Source: Vicugna vicugna (Eukaryota). Taken from it: a DNA stretch of 62,000 nucleotides. The notes under the pieces are model-generated. The model did no database searches. It was not told where the DNA came from and worked only from the letters and a program-made list of their open reading frames with translations. The DNA is taken from the NCBI GenBank assembly GCA_013265495.1, contig MU058584.1:3724508-3786507 (forward strand). Direction: 5' to 3'. The number at the start of each line of letters is the position of its first letter. The stretch's first letter is position 1. Made by a program: the position numbers and the translations under genes. Positions 1 through 12,807 of the stretch are shown one piece after another.

Positions 1-1869
1 AAGATAAATCGGAAGTAGAAACGATATTACAAAGTAAGGCAGATGAGGCTATGTGGTGGGTTTGTTGCAGAATTTTGACCAGGAAGGGGAAGGCTAGAAT
101 GATAGCTTGAAAGAGCAGTAAGTTTGGTTGCTTTGATTGGTGATGATTTTTTAGCAAAGCAAGCTAGCCTGTTTATAGGCACTAGGGAAGACGTCTGCTC
201 TTCCTGTGGCTATGGGTTCCTCTAGGTGTTCTTACTGTGTGAAGCACTGTTGTGGCAAACAGGCAGTAATACTGAGATAAGGAGGCATGGGTATTGCTGT
301 ATGAACAATGCACCAGCTGTCCCCTGGCGGGGAGAGGTGGCTGCCACTCTGAGCAACAGCTGGGAACCGCTCCCTTAACTGCACTTGGACTGGAGCTTAG
401 ATTGCTTTCTGTGGCATTACAACAAATGGCACTCCTCATTATGAGACAGATTTGATCATGTATGCATGGGTTCTCATGCCCCTGAAGTTACAGTATTTAT
501 TTGCAGCCTCCAATGAAGATGGCAGCTTCCCCTCTCAGTACTGGCATTATAAAGAGCCTCCACCGGACTAGACACCTGCAGTTTTGATTTCTCAGTCACA
601 CCAGCTCATGATTTCAGAAATCTGAATCCTTGTAATTTGTCAAAAAGCACAGAAGCTGAGTATTGATATTTAGACTCTAGAGGCTTCATTCATTTGATTT
701 CCATAGAGAAAAATCTAGGCACTTCTCCCTTTAAAAGGTTTTTTTTTTGTTGGTTTTTTTTAAAATCAAAGCTGTAGGTTCGATTGAGACTAACTGTCTC
801 ATTGTGGCAGAACCTGGCTCGGTCATATACATGCTCAGGAGCAGAGAAAACACCAGAAAACCTTTCTTGACCTTGATCCCTCCAGGCGGATGAGACTGTT
901 CCTTCTCTGAGCTGGCGTCAGAAAACAGGCTTACCATACACTCCTCTCTGGTTTTCACTCATTTTATTTCCATTCACAAGCTCCCAGAAACCACTCTGCT
1001 GGACCGTCAACTCCTTGAGAGAAAATCTGTAGGCATTCATTACATTTTTCTTGATTTGAAAACAAATAGAATGGTGTCAGGTTGATTTTTATCTGTAATT
1101 TGTCTGAAGATCAGAGAAGGCTCTGATGGGTGGTGATATTTTAATAAGAAATCTCCTCTACTACTGGCCCAAATCCAGCGTTTTTTTTGGAAAATGACTT
1201 TTTCCCTGATGATGTTTCAGCTTAGGGTTGATGGATGATTTATTTCTCCTTTCAAGTCTGGTCCAAGTCCTTTGGTTGGTGTGGCTCTTCCTACTTTGGC
1301 TCCTCTAATTTATTAGCCTTGCCAGCTTTGATTTTTTTACTGGACAGGGAATACTGGGATATTCATTTTGATGCCAAACTATAATTTCATAAATTCTTAT
1401 AGTTAAAAGATTTGAGCTGATATGTTTGACCCAATTAAGGCTTCAACTATTTTTCAGCTAATGTCCCTTTTACAGCCAAATCCAACTTGTAAAATTTGCA
1501 GAAGAAGTCTCTGAGGCAGATACCCATGGATATAGCCTTGTTCTTCCTGTCCTATCTTAAGTAAGGAAGGCTGTTTATGGAGAATGGAACAGCTGCCAGA
1601 TTCCACCCCCAGGGTGACAGCAGCTCAGTTGTGGGAGAAGTGATGCTTAAAATTTGCATATTCTCTGTATACATACAGTAGGCATATATATAGACACACA
1701 TATCCTTATTAGTTTGAAAAGTGACATTTCAAAACCCTACTTGCCTACTCAATTCTTTGCCAAGAATGATGAGTGAAGTCCAGGTAGATGTGAAAATAAA
1801 ATAGATTCGAGCCAGGGAAGAATTGATATGGAAAGACCAGGTAAGATGTAATTTCACTAATCAAGTGAG

Positions 1870-2870
1870 AGGTGACGGCAGCAGTGACTAGGATTGTTGA
1901 GTAGAGATGGAGGACAGTAAGCCAATTCAAGGTTATTCTGAGGTCCAGTCTGAAGGACTTGCTGACCCATTGGATGAGAGAAGTGAAGGAGAGAAAGAGC
2001 TGAGGAGGAAGTCCCTGCTTCTGGTTTGGGCTACTAGATGGACAATGGTGCCATCCACTGAAATATGAAATGTGAGAGTGGGTTTGAAGGTGAAAAACAG
2101 TAGATTAATTCCATTTTCTAGATAGAGGTTGACTTTGAAATAGCTGTAAGACATCCAGGTGGAGATGTTTCAAAAGCAGTTAGATATATGGGACCGAGGA
2201 GCAGGAGAGAGGTTGGAGATACAGACTGGCAGTCATAGGCATATAGAGGATGACTGATGCTGTGGACTGGATAAGATTTCCTAGGGAGAGGACCCTGGAC
2301 AAAACAGAAGCACCAACATCTGGGGGATGTGCAGAGAAAAAACAGCCAGCCAATAGTGAACTAGGGAGGAAAAACTACAAAGTACAGTGTTGAGGAAGAC
2401 AAAGAAAGCTGAGTGCATCAGAGGTGGCAAATGCTTTTGAGAAGTCAAAGGAGGCAAGCTTTGAGAAGTATCCATTAGATTTAACAATAAGGTGATCTTG
2501 GCAAGAGCTGGTCTTCGGAGTGGTGAAAGCAATAGCAAGATGGAAGGTAGCCGAAGAGTTGGTGAGAGCAGAGGAAATGGAGACAGTATTCAAAACTCTT
2601 TCAAGACGTTCACCTGTGAAAAGGAGAAAATGGATAGGGAAGCAGCACCAGCGGACTGTAGGGTTTTTGCAAATTGTTGTCGTGCTTTAATGGAAGAGAA
2701 CTGAGCATGTTCTGAATGCTGATAGGAAGGAGTCACTCAAGAAGGAAAGGCTGGAGATGAGAGGTGGGAATGGAGTGGCGTGTGGAGATTTAATAATGAA
2801 AGATTCTTGACAAAGCTGAAGGGGATGGATCCAGCGCAGGGCAGGAGGAGACGATCTTTCATTGTAAGAG
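1870..2870 (-). mobile_element. L2 LINE remnant
   Basis: Purine-rich L2 motifs (GACATCCAGGTGGAGATGT...CAGTTAGATATATGGG, CCATTAGATTTAACAA). Confidence 0.6.
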
Positions 2871-3344
2871 GTAACAAACAGCTCCTATGAAGAACAGGAG
2901 AAGGAATCACGGTGCCTCTTATCTCTCTCCCATTCAGTAACTAACTGGCTATACTATACATAGCTCATCAAAGATGCCTTTTCAACTGCGCAGAGTGTTC
3001 AAAAGTGTACATTGTGTACAAATGTAATCTGAAAAATTACTGTTGCTAGATGATTACCCTAAAATTGAAGTAGCATCGAAATATAAAATAGGCTAAATTT
3101 ACATCTTTACAAATCAGCATTTCTTAACACGTAATATTCTTTAAAGAATATTCTACATGGAACATTGGCTTAAGCCACCTTTCTTACAGGAGAAATAGCC
3201 AAACACCATCAATAATTCTGGCCATGGGACCGTGAGGACAGAAATGTGCTGGATTAGGATCATGAAGAACTCTGTCCTGACTCAACGAGCCAGATAAAGA
3301 TATCAAGGGCCATACTCGCTGTGGCCAACCTGTGTGGCTGTGTA

Positions 3345-3830
3345 TCCTCCCCTTTCTCCTTGCTAACAGAATCCTGACTGTGTTCATTTCCACGGTGAAC
3401 AGGTATTGTGGCCTAAGAGATGAGTCCTGGTTGGTCCAAGCCAATCTGGTTTCGGAATGGGGACGGGACACAGTTGTTGCCGATAAAACCACATGGAGAA
3501 GTCTGCTGGAAGGGGAAGAGGCTTCTGGAAAAGTTTTCCTCACTCTTGAGAAAAGGAGCACATGGAAAAAGCATATCTTGTCCATCTCTGGATGTACTTG
3601 GCACCTGGAACAATGGCAATCACCACGGAATCAGGAGGGGAGCCAACTCAGGAGAACAGAGGATGCGCTCAGGATGCCAGAACCAATGATGGGAAGAACA
3701 ATGTCATTCAGCGATGTCACCTGAACTGTCCCACTAACCAACCCCAGAACTACCTCACCTTGGGATTTCTTGCTACGTACGTGGAGTAACACTTTTTTTT
3801 TTCTTCTATTTTTCAAGCCACTTCTAATGG
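3345..3830 (+). mobile_element. MLT1-type (ERVL-MaLR) LTR remnant
   Basis: TTCTCCTTGCTAACAGAATCCTGA...CCAAGCCAATC...GGCTTCTGGAAAAGTTTTCCT motifs. Confidence 0.55.
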
Positions 3831-5553
3831 TAGTGGGTTAGTATCGCAGGATGGAGCCAAAATGACTGAACTGCAACAAGCAGGAACTGGGAAAAGGTTA
3901 AAAACGGGAGAGAAGAAGTATTTGCCATTCTATGAATGAGTCATTTTATTATAAGAATCCATTAAACAAAAAGTAAGGGGGAAAAGGGTTCTGGTGGGAA
4001 GGGAGGAAAAAGAAGACTGGAAAAGGAAGGGAAGCTGCAAATAGAGGATGAGACATGTCCTATTCATGTCTCCTTTGCCCACTGCATCCTTCAGGGAAAT
4101 GGACTATATTGTCTTTGTCTCTCTAATTCCTGGCATGTCCTTGATCATTAACTTTTACTTCTCAGTCTGTGACTCATTGCCAATCTCAGACATCAGAATT
4201 CTACTAATAGTTCCAGAGAAAGAAAAAAAAAAACCACGAATACCAATTACTCACTGAGGATATCCACTCCTTCCACGGTGGGGCACTGACAGTTCATTAA
4301 ATGAGTTAGTGATTCTTCCCCACTCCCCACTGAAGGTCATCCAGATACCTCCAGGGGAGAAATGTCTGTTTTACCAACCCCAGTGGCTCATCCTCATCTA
4401 GAGGTTTAAAGATCACCTCCTAAATATACTACACACACAGTTCTAACCTTTACTGCTCTGGACTCCTGTTCAGATGCCTCCAGGAAAGCCACTTTTTAAC
4501 ATCCTTATACTCCTCTTCCCCTGCCAATAACCATGAACTCATCATGCCCTAAATGGGGCTAAACTCCATCCAAATAAACTCTCCTTACCAGTCATTTCAT
4601 TTCTGTCTAGGATATGCACCGCTAGACAACTTGGACTCATCTCAAAGCCTCTGAAAGTCTAAGTCCTTGCTCTTTCAAAGTATCTCTCAGATTTACCACT
4701 CATTTCACCTCCCATTGTTTCTGTCAAAACCGAGATGCTCACATGTGCCACCTGAACCACTTCAGTCACACCTCAGCTCATGGGCTCTGTTCCCACTCTC
4801 TCCCACTTACCACCGGCCTTGTCACCGTGTCCCCTCTCCACCCAGGAATCTGCCTGTGGTGGCTCTCATTTGGTGTCCCAGCTCTTCTGGAGGGTTTTCA
4901 AGGCCCCTCCCCCAAAATCTGGCTCCACCGTATTCTCTCACTGTCTTCCCGTCAGACAGACAAGCTGGGCACTGTCACACCCACACACTGTTCTCCTGGC
5001 TCCGGGCTGGCCTGTGTGTGTCTCTGCTGCTCATTCCTTCACGTTCCTCTAGGCCCAGCTCAAATCTCACCTCTCCCCTGAAGACTCTGAAACCATTCGA
5101 ACTCTTTCTTCTGTAAACTCACACTGCCATACGCTTTAGCATCTAATTGTCCTAATAAAGGTCTATTCTCTCTCCCCGGTTGGGACATACTGCTTGATAG
5201 ACAAACCATGTCCTACACTTCTAAGTGTTACTCACGGTACCTGTTACAGCCCTGAGCACCAGGTAGGGAAGACAAAACTATTTATTTAACTGAATGATCA
5301 ACATTCAAGGGGCACCTTGCCTCTCTTCTTATCATTTTGGTTACTGAGGAGCCTGGGAAGAAAGCAAGGGGCAGCTGTGTCCTACAGCTCTTGGAAAGCC
5401 TGGTATGCCTTTCAGGAGATATCTGGTCCATCTCCAGAGTGCGGAGAATCATTGTCCAAAGAAACATCACTGAGCTGATAGTTCTTAACAGCAAGGAACC
5501 AGAGTGGAAGCCGGGCAGGAGCGAGGGGCAAGGCAGTCTGGAACGACATTTAC

Positions 5554-5730
5554 CACTGTGGCTTCCTCCAGTGGAGTCACTTGGTGCCAGGGGAGGTGGA
5601 TGTGGCTTGTCCATCAGCATGCCAGATGAGGGGGCTCCTCCCAGGGGGACAGAGGGGATGGAGTAGGGGCCGGGGACACCGGAGACAGAGGGAGGGTACC
5701 CGGCCTTTGCTGCTTTCCCTGCTTCATACA
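5554..5730 (-). CDS. ILDR2: ILDR2 coding exon 6 (LYEAGKAAKAGYPPSVSGVPGPYSIPSVPLGGAPSSGMLMDKPHPPPLAPSDSTGGSHS), 177 nt; gene continues beyond left edge
   Basis: LYEAGKAAK motif of angulins; acceptor ccacag, donor GTG|GTAAAT. Confidence 0.95.
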
Positions 5731-5837
5731 CTGTGGAGGGAGATGAAGAGCAAGAGAGATTACATCGTCCCACCCTCCACAACCCTCATGCCAAAAATCC
5801 CTGAGGATGAGCTGAAGGGAGCTCCTGGATGCATGGA

Positions 5838-5856
5838 TGTGTGTGTGTGTGTGTGT
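5838..5856. repeat. Short (TG)n microsatellite near the ILDR2 exon 6 acceptor
   Basis: Direct reading. Confidence 0.9.
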
Positions 5857-6821
5857 TCTACTAGGACTGAATGGATTCATCAGAACCATCCTCCCCCACT
5901 CTCTTGGACTCCTCCAACTCTGCCAAAAGGCGATGACATAAGGCATTACAGTGTTCAGTAGTACCTGGCAACTGAGTAATTCAGTGGTGCTGGGAGCTGT
6001 CACAGCAGCCCACTGTCAACCACGCTGTCTGTAGGCTGCCTCAGCCCCTCTGGAGGAGGCCCAGCACCAGGGCTGCCTGGGGCTGCTTCCAGGAGGATCC
6101 TGAGCCTCTTCTAGATAGGCAAAGCCAGCGATGGGTTTGCACATGGCCCAGCTCTGTGAGCTCAAGCAGAGCAAGGGACCTGACTCCTCCTGGAAGCTGC
6201 TTTGTCCCTAAGGATACTAAAGATGCACGTTGTCTCTCTCTCCTTCAAGGTGTGTTTGGTTTATGGCTGGGGTGCCAACCTTAATGCCTACATGGGCTTG
6301 GCCAGGGAGGTAGAATTGTGAGTCCCCAAATGAGGACCCATTCCTGTGTGGACCATTTTATCACAGGAGTAAATACAACTTATCTGTGGCTGAATGGGAC
6401 CCAAAGGCTGCAGACTGCAGACTGCACACACAGTTGGTAAAAAGAGGAGCTCTCTGCACTCTAGAGGCATGACCAGAGAAGGTTTCCTCCAGTTTGGATG
6501 CCCGAGGAGAGGGCAAAAGCCTCACCCCACAGCCTCACCATCCTGAACCTGCCCTTCCTTTCATCCATAGGGTCGATGGGAATTCCAAATGTGGGGGTGA
6601 GAGGTGGAGATAAAAAGCATGGATGGTGCATGGAGGTGAGAAGGAGAACAAGAATGGTCATCTCGGGAAGCTGGGGGCTCCCAGCAGAGGAGAGTCTGGA
6701 ACAATCAGCTGGTAGGGTGGAAGGGATGGCGGTGGAGAAGGCACTCGGGGTGCACAGCTGTCTGATGGAAAGGCAACATCTCTTCCGGTCGCCCTGCGTC
6801 CCCGCTCGTGGCTTTACTCAC

Positions 6822-6968
6822 AGGCCTGTGGGCAGCAGCAGGAATCCGGGCAGCACGGGCAGCGGATATAGCAGCAGCAGCTGTGCGGGCAGCACTGGCA
6901 CCAGCAGATCCCCACCAGGACGAAGAAGAGGAAGACTGCCAGGATCACCAGGCCGACAAACACCCACT
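6822..6968 (-). CDS. ILDR2: ILDR2 coding exon 5 (transmembrane helix and cysteine-rich motif, [49 protein letters not shown]), 147 nt
   Basis: Hallmark LSR/ILDR TM plus Cys-rich segment; acceptor ttccag, donor CCT|GTGAGT. Confidence 0.97.
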
Positions 6969-9378
6969 CTGGAAGGACGCACAGACAAAGCCACACTCGA
7001 GGCGGCCCCTGCCGGGACAGGCACCCTCTCGGCAGTGTCTCCCTGTGCAAGGAGAGGGTGGGAGGGACCTGGGGGAAGAAAGCATCTCATAACAGGGCAC
7101 AGAGCCCTGCAGACTCAGGAGCTCAGGAGGAAGTCGGAGAGTGAGAAGCGCAGAGCCTCCCCGGGCCGGGCGGGGAGAGGAGGGAAGGTCACCGCAGTTG
7201 TACTGAGCACACAGAGTGCCTGGTACAACGTGAGGGGGGAGTTTCAGGGTCCCTTCCTGGGGAGAGGGCTTTACCTTATGGATTGTAGTGTCAGAACAAG
7301 TAGGGGCCAGGAGCAGAGAGACTCCTGGCTGGGGAGAGGGGGATCTTTGCTTGCTGAGCTATCCAGTGGTGGTTCTGTGAATACATTATCTTTCGGAGTC
7401 AAGTTAATCATGTCACTAAAAGTGTAAGTCTTGAGAAAAAAAAGTTCTCTATGTCTGTGTGATCTAAATCAAAACATATTTAGGTAGTCCAAGTCCCTAA
7501 CCACCCCTGTGACACCTTTTCTGTCCTCAGCATCAGGGCTGAGATCAAAATGTTTGCTAGAGAAAACTAGAGGCACAGGCTAGGAAAGAGAAGATGCTGT
7601 CCCTGTGCCCTGAGAATGGTTTGGTTTGACCACACTTGGGCTGACCGTCTAGATGGCCCGCACAACCACAGACTAAAGAGGCTCGGGGCTGTGATGGCTG
7701 GCAAGGCCGACATGTGTCTATCTGAACATGTGTGTTAATTTCTGCCGTTTTCACAGCTCGGCCAGAGGCAGAACATGAATTCTAATTCGTTTGCCCACCC
7801 AAAAGATCATGAGAAAGGAAACCAATTCCGTGTGGCTTAGATAAACATGACTGTGGCCCTTGAGTGACTTGTCTTGATGTCATGCTTTTGGGACTTGGCT
7901 GTAGGACCCAGTGTCCCACTGGAGGCCTGGGACAGACTGGAGTGAGCCATGATTCCCTTTCAAAGCAAAAGATTAAAGGAACTCATTTTGATTGAAAGCT
8001 GCCTACCAAACTCCCTTTGCAATCAACTTCAAGTACCCATTGTTTTGTTTGAATTTTAGTTCTTAAATGTTCCTTCAATTAAATGGACATGCAGTTGGAG
8101 CTTGGGAATATGACATTTTTGTTATATGAAGGGTTTTGCGTTAATAATATTATTTGACCTTTATTTAGAACATAATTTCCTCAGAGAGAAAATGAACAAC
8201 TTACATTTCCTGAACATCCCTCCTCACTCATCCATCAGAAATACCTTCAGATTAACCAGGTCACCCTTTCTTTAGGGAGAAAGTGAGAAGGCCTTATGCC
8301 TGGCTAGAATGTTCTGGAGAGCATTCTTGCGGAGGACAGTAGATAGTTGAGGGCTCTGGCCTGGGCCTTAGCAATAACATAGTAACACAATGTGGCCTGA
8401 GGTAGACATGGCCCTGGGGATTAGATGAGCTGGGTGGTGTGGTGGCTACAACTTGGATCAGGCAGTCAAGGTTTAAAGACTAGCAGGTCACCTTGGAGAA
8501 ACAAACAATGTTACCCATGAAAGGATTCTTGGAATCAAAGGGGAGGGAAATTCAGGCAACCAGGACCAGATATGAAAAATACAGTAACTCTTTCTTGGGA
8601 CTGGGAGATACAACATCTAGTTTGAAACGGTGGAGTATAACATTGTTTTTCTTTGTGATGAACAAATGGGTACAAAACTGACATAACTCTGGATAAGGAG
8701 GATCACAAAGAAATATCTATTTGTGTCCTTGGGCTCGGCATCAAGAAGAATGTCTATTTGGGCTGGCCAGCTAATGGGAAAGGACCAGGAGAATTCATGG
8801 AAGAAAAATTAGTGAAGCTCAACTGGGAAGACTCTGGATGTTTCTTAAAACTTGAACCAAGTCAAAACCAATGGTCAGGAATATTTTGTATGTCTCTGTT
8901 GCTCTTAACCATTATGCAGCTCTTAACCCTTTGGCGGAAGCCCTCCAAGGCAGGACTGAATCATACCCTCTCCTACTCCCTGAGTTTGGATATGTTCTCT
9001 CCCATAGTTCATTCTTCTTTCTCTCTGAGCCTCCATCCATGATGGGCTATAGTGCCTTGTCAAATTGATGTTGGCTTATCTAGCTGGCACATTCAGCAGA
9101 AGCTACATGAGAAGACAGAAGTGTGCATTTGGCACAGGTGTCCCTGACATGTGGTCCACGGACCCCAGGGACTTAGGGGGGCCAAGAAGCCCCCGAAGTT
9201 GTGTACAAAGCAATGTAGATCTGTACACGTGTACTTTCTAAGAGAGGAGGGCTGCAGAGCTTTCATAAGTTTTGAAAAAAATTGTTTTGATAAAATTATA
9301 AAAAGGCAACGCAGAGTCCCATGGTTGTACACTAATAAATGGGTAAACATAAAACTTAGGGAATAAGGAATGCAGACA

Positions 9379-9592
9379 TATAATGACTCCATTAAGGATA
9401 CTTATAGCGACCTGCTGAGATACTGAGATTACCAAAGGGCCTTCATACCTGACATTGAAGGACTGGGTCCCCATTTAATTACCATTATAATGACTCCATT
9501 AAGGATACTTATAGCGACCTGCTGAGATACTGAGATTACCAAAGGGCCTTCATACCTGACATTGAAGGACTGGGTCCCTATTTAATTACCAT
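9379..9592. repeat. Tandem duplication, 2 x 107 bp, one mismatch (C9472/T9579)
   Basis: 9379-9485 and 9486-9592 align base for base. Confidence 0.97.
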
Positions 9593-9788
9593 TATTTTTT
9601 AGGGCCTAGTAACGGAAGAAATACAATTTGAAGCCTCCTCTAATGGGCTTAGTTCACCCTGGAGAACACCACAGACATATACAGACGAATGTGCCAATAC
9701 GTTAAAGGGGCAATTAGTAACTAATGCAGAAGCGAGACAGATGGAGTGATAGCACATTGAGCAAATATAGAGTTAAATGACTGAATAC

Positions 9789-9845
9789 CTGGCATAATCT
9801 CCACAGCAAAACTGGGCAAGAGATCAGCAAGCAGCCCTGTCCTGC
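9789..9845 (-). CDS. ILDR2: ILDR2 coding exon 4 (GRTGLLADLLPSFAVEIMP), 57-nt juxtamembrane exon
   Basis: Long polypyrimidine tract plus ccag acceptor; donor CAG|GTATTC; sequence matches the short angulin linker exon. Confidence 0.92.
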
Positions 9846-11141
9846 CTGGAGGAGGTGGAAGGAAAAGAAGAAGGAAAGCGGTTACTCCAGAGGAAAACAC
9901 AGCCTGAAGCCTGGCTCCGATTGGCACCACCCTACATGGTGGGGCCACTGACCCGTGGTCCTTGTGGTAGGAGAGACACATCGCCAAGGCTGGTCTCAGT
10001 CAAGAGAATGACCTTCTCCGTCAATCTGTGGCAGCCATCGAAGTGAGCTCGGCACCTAAACTAGGCAGAAGCAGAAAGAGAACTTCCTCTCCAGCTATTA
10101 CAGGAGGAGGAATTGTCTGCTTCAAATATGAACAACCCTGCCAGAGCAGACTGATAGATACCATCTCCACTCATTTATATATCCTACTCCACACATTTTA
10201 TTGGAAAGTCAAACCCGTCTGTATCCAAACGTTCAACCTACATTTTCATACACCCAGCCACAGTCCTATGTCCATATAAAAACAAAAAGTACATATTTGG
10301 TTTTAAGTCGGAATTATCTCCCTACAAGATTCTATTTATAGCCTAAAGATATTTCAATGATTAAAGTTTTCAAAGGCAAGGAAAAGATAAAGCTAGATCA
10401 GTTACACCCTCTTCGACACTCCTTCTGGCTTCAGAAATACTCTGTACATATGTATATGGTATGGCTTTTCCATATGGTACCCACAGCTGGTGTGGAATGG
10501 ACCCAAGTGCCTTCTGCATGATATGGCATAGAGACTTGAGGGCTGGTGTCAGAACAGGTGCCCCTCGGGGCTCTGAGAAGCAAAGAGCTGTGCAGGAAAC
10601 AAAACACTGGAAAATGTTTCGGGAGGAGGTTTAATCCTTTTAAAAACCAGCCTGATTGATATAGAAAGAAGTGCTGAAGGCTTCCACCATGTCCTCATAT
10701 CCAGGTAAATGTAAAGGCCGTGATGGGTTGTCTGCCCCCTACCAGGTACCTCGGCCACAGTGCAGCCTTGCTGGTAAACAAGTTGTACCAGGAAGCAATT
10801 AGCAACCAGCCCTCCTTCCGGACTTATGATGGCAAAAGGTCACTGGGTTCTTAAGCTTGCAACTGAATTTTACTTCATTCGTGGTCATGACATACGCTTC
10901 TAGAACAGCTCTGGCTGGTAGAAATATAATGTGATCCAACAGTAATTTTAGCTTTTCTAGTAAACACATTAAAATAGTTTGTCAAAGATGAAAATAACTT
11001 GGTATTTTTTACTTATACCAATTTAGCCAAAATATTAACACTTCAAAGGTTCAGTGGCCATAGGTCACTATCAGAAAATATAACTCCTAGGGGCTTGTTT
11101 CATGCATATAGATTTGGCTCATTTAGAAAACAATTTTTCCT

Positions 11142-11325
11142 AACAACAAGGTCCTACTGTACAGCACAGGGAACTCTATTCACTATCTTGTAACAACCTA
11201 TAATGAAAAAGAATATGAAAAGGAATATATGCACGCATAACTGAATCAGTATGCTGTACTCCAGAAATTATGCAGTGTAAACCACCTAGACTTCAACATA
11301 AAATAAAATTTGAAAACAAACAAAC
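11142..11325 (+). mobile_element. 5'-truncated L1 3' end (artiodactyl-type), 14-bp TSD with one mismatch (11128-11141, 11326-11339)
   Basis: ACAGCACAGGGAACTCTATTCA...ACCTATAATGAAAAAGAATATGAAAA motif shared with other copies in the window; A-rich tail. Confidence 0.85.
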
Positions 11326-12673
11326 AAACAACTTTTCCTGTTGAAGTTTGTTGAGGCGCGTCAGAGAAAAAGTTACCTAATTCCATGGTTTATATTTTGG
11401 GTCTAAAGGTGATGGTTGGTCACTGGTCCTCTCCTCTGTCCAACCACCCCACGGAAAAGCAGCTCTGACAAATGTCGAAGAAAAAGGAGCTCTTCCAGGA
11501 CACTGTGGGGAGGACGCGGCAGCAGGGGCAAGGTGTTAGGGAGTCGGGTAAAAGGGCTCTTTGCTCACTTTACTTTTTCTTGGCTCAGCTATCCAAGACC
11601 CGTGTGGTGTAAGGCGTCCGGGTCCTGTGTCCTGCATGGGAAATAGTCCCGCAGTTGAAATGCTAGTTGGGACATTCCAAGGGAAAGGAAGCATGGAGTG
11701 GGCCACTGGGCTCGCTCTGTTTTAGGTTTCGGCAAGAAGGGCTTCCTTCTTTCTGTCTTCCATCTCGTGCAACTGACATGGTAAGAGGGGTCTGCTGTTG
11801 CAAGGTCTCTGGGAAAGACAAGTGGGAGTCAAGCGGGTCATTGGAAGAAGACAGCCTGAAGGAGAGTTCTTGGGCTAGCTGTTGGCCTAAGCTTCAACAA
11901 AAGGCTAAGAGGTGACTCTAAAATGTATGCATGGTCTAGTCCAGTTCCCTGGGATTGGAAACCAGACAGAGGAGAGGACCAGTGACCAAAGTCCAAGCAA
12001 GTGATTAAGAGCATGCACTGGTCTCACGTGGAGTGTTCTCTGTACAAATATCTCTTGGAGACTCAACAAGGCAACAGTCAGGTGGTCAAGGATTTGGGAA
12101 TTTAGGATTGTGGGCATCTCTTAAAAGCATAATTAATATTAATTACCAGCCAGTAGGCAATGATCAGGAAGTCAACAGACTGTGTTTTTAACAAGCTGGT
12201 TATCAGATGCTTACTTAATGGTGTTTTTTTTTTTTTTAATCTGGGTAATTAGCATTTCTAAATAGCTCTCTTATTATATCAAGTAAAATGAGAAGCTTTT
12301 CTTGGGTTTACTCTCTAGTTCTCAAGCTTACCAATGTTTTAAACATCTCTATATGTGCTGTAGCCCAAATCATTCATTACATTTATAATAAAAATGTTAT
12401 TGATGATATCAGCCACTGATTTGTATATACTTTCTCACAGGAGACTAGCTCTGTGTTAATCATTAATTATTTAAAAAAACATCCATTCAAGGAGGATACA
12501 GTGCTCACATATTACACATTCTACTGGAGAAAGCAGTGGACTAGGAGTCAGGGTACTGAAGGCAGCTTTGCCATTAGTTTACTTGGGGACTGTTGCAGGC
12601 AAGTTACTTCCTCTTTCCAGGACTCAATTTTCTCATCAGTCAAGTGAAGTGGTTGAACAAAGAGGTCTATAAA

Positions 12674-12807
12674 TAAGGAGACCATATATCTTGGCTTGTC
12701 TAGAACAGTCCTGGCTTATGCCTGTTGTCCTGGTGTAATTATTAATAGCACCCCTTTTTAATTTCAAAATTGTTCTCATTTGGACAATTATTTATATGGT
12801 CACCTGA
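12674..12807. mobile_element. MER94-like hAT-Blackjack element
   Basis: Degenerate terminal inverted repeats (GGAGACCATA...TATGGTCACC) and internal TAATTATTAATAGCACCCCTTT. Confidence 0.65.

Noticed and set aside
935..1026. Possible extra ILDR2 exon ending at donor ATG|GTAAGC (935/934)
   Set aside because: Candidate acceptors give 92 or 79 nt (frameshifting), tracts are weak, and the translation does not resemble the expected ILDR2 exon 7
6498..7427. 309-aa plus-strand ORF, the longest in the track
   Set aside because: Antisense shadow of the GC-rich ILDR2 exon 5 region; low-complexity G/S/R composition, no recognisable domain or gene structure
9379..9592. Repeat array as a CRISPR-like or RNA-gene locus
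   Set aside because: Only two contiguous units with no spacers, in a mammalian intron
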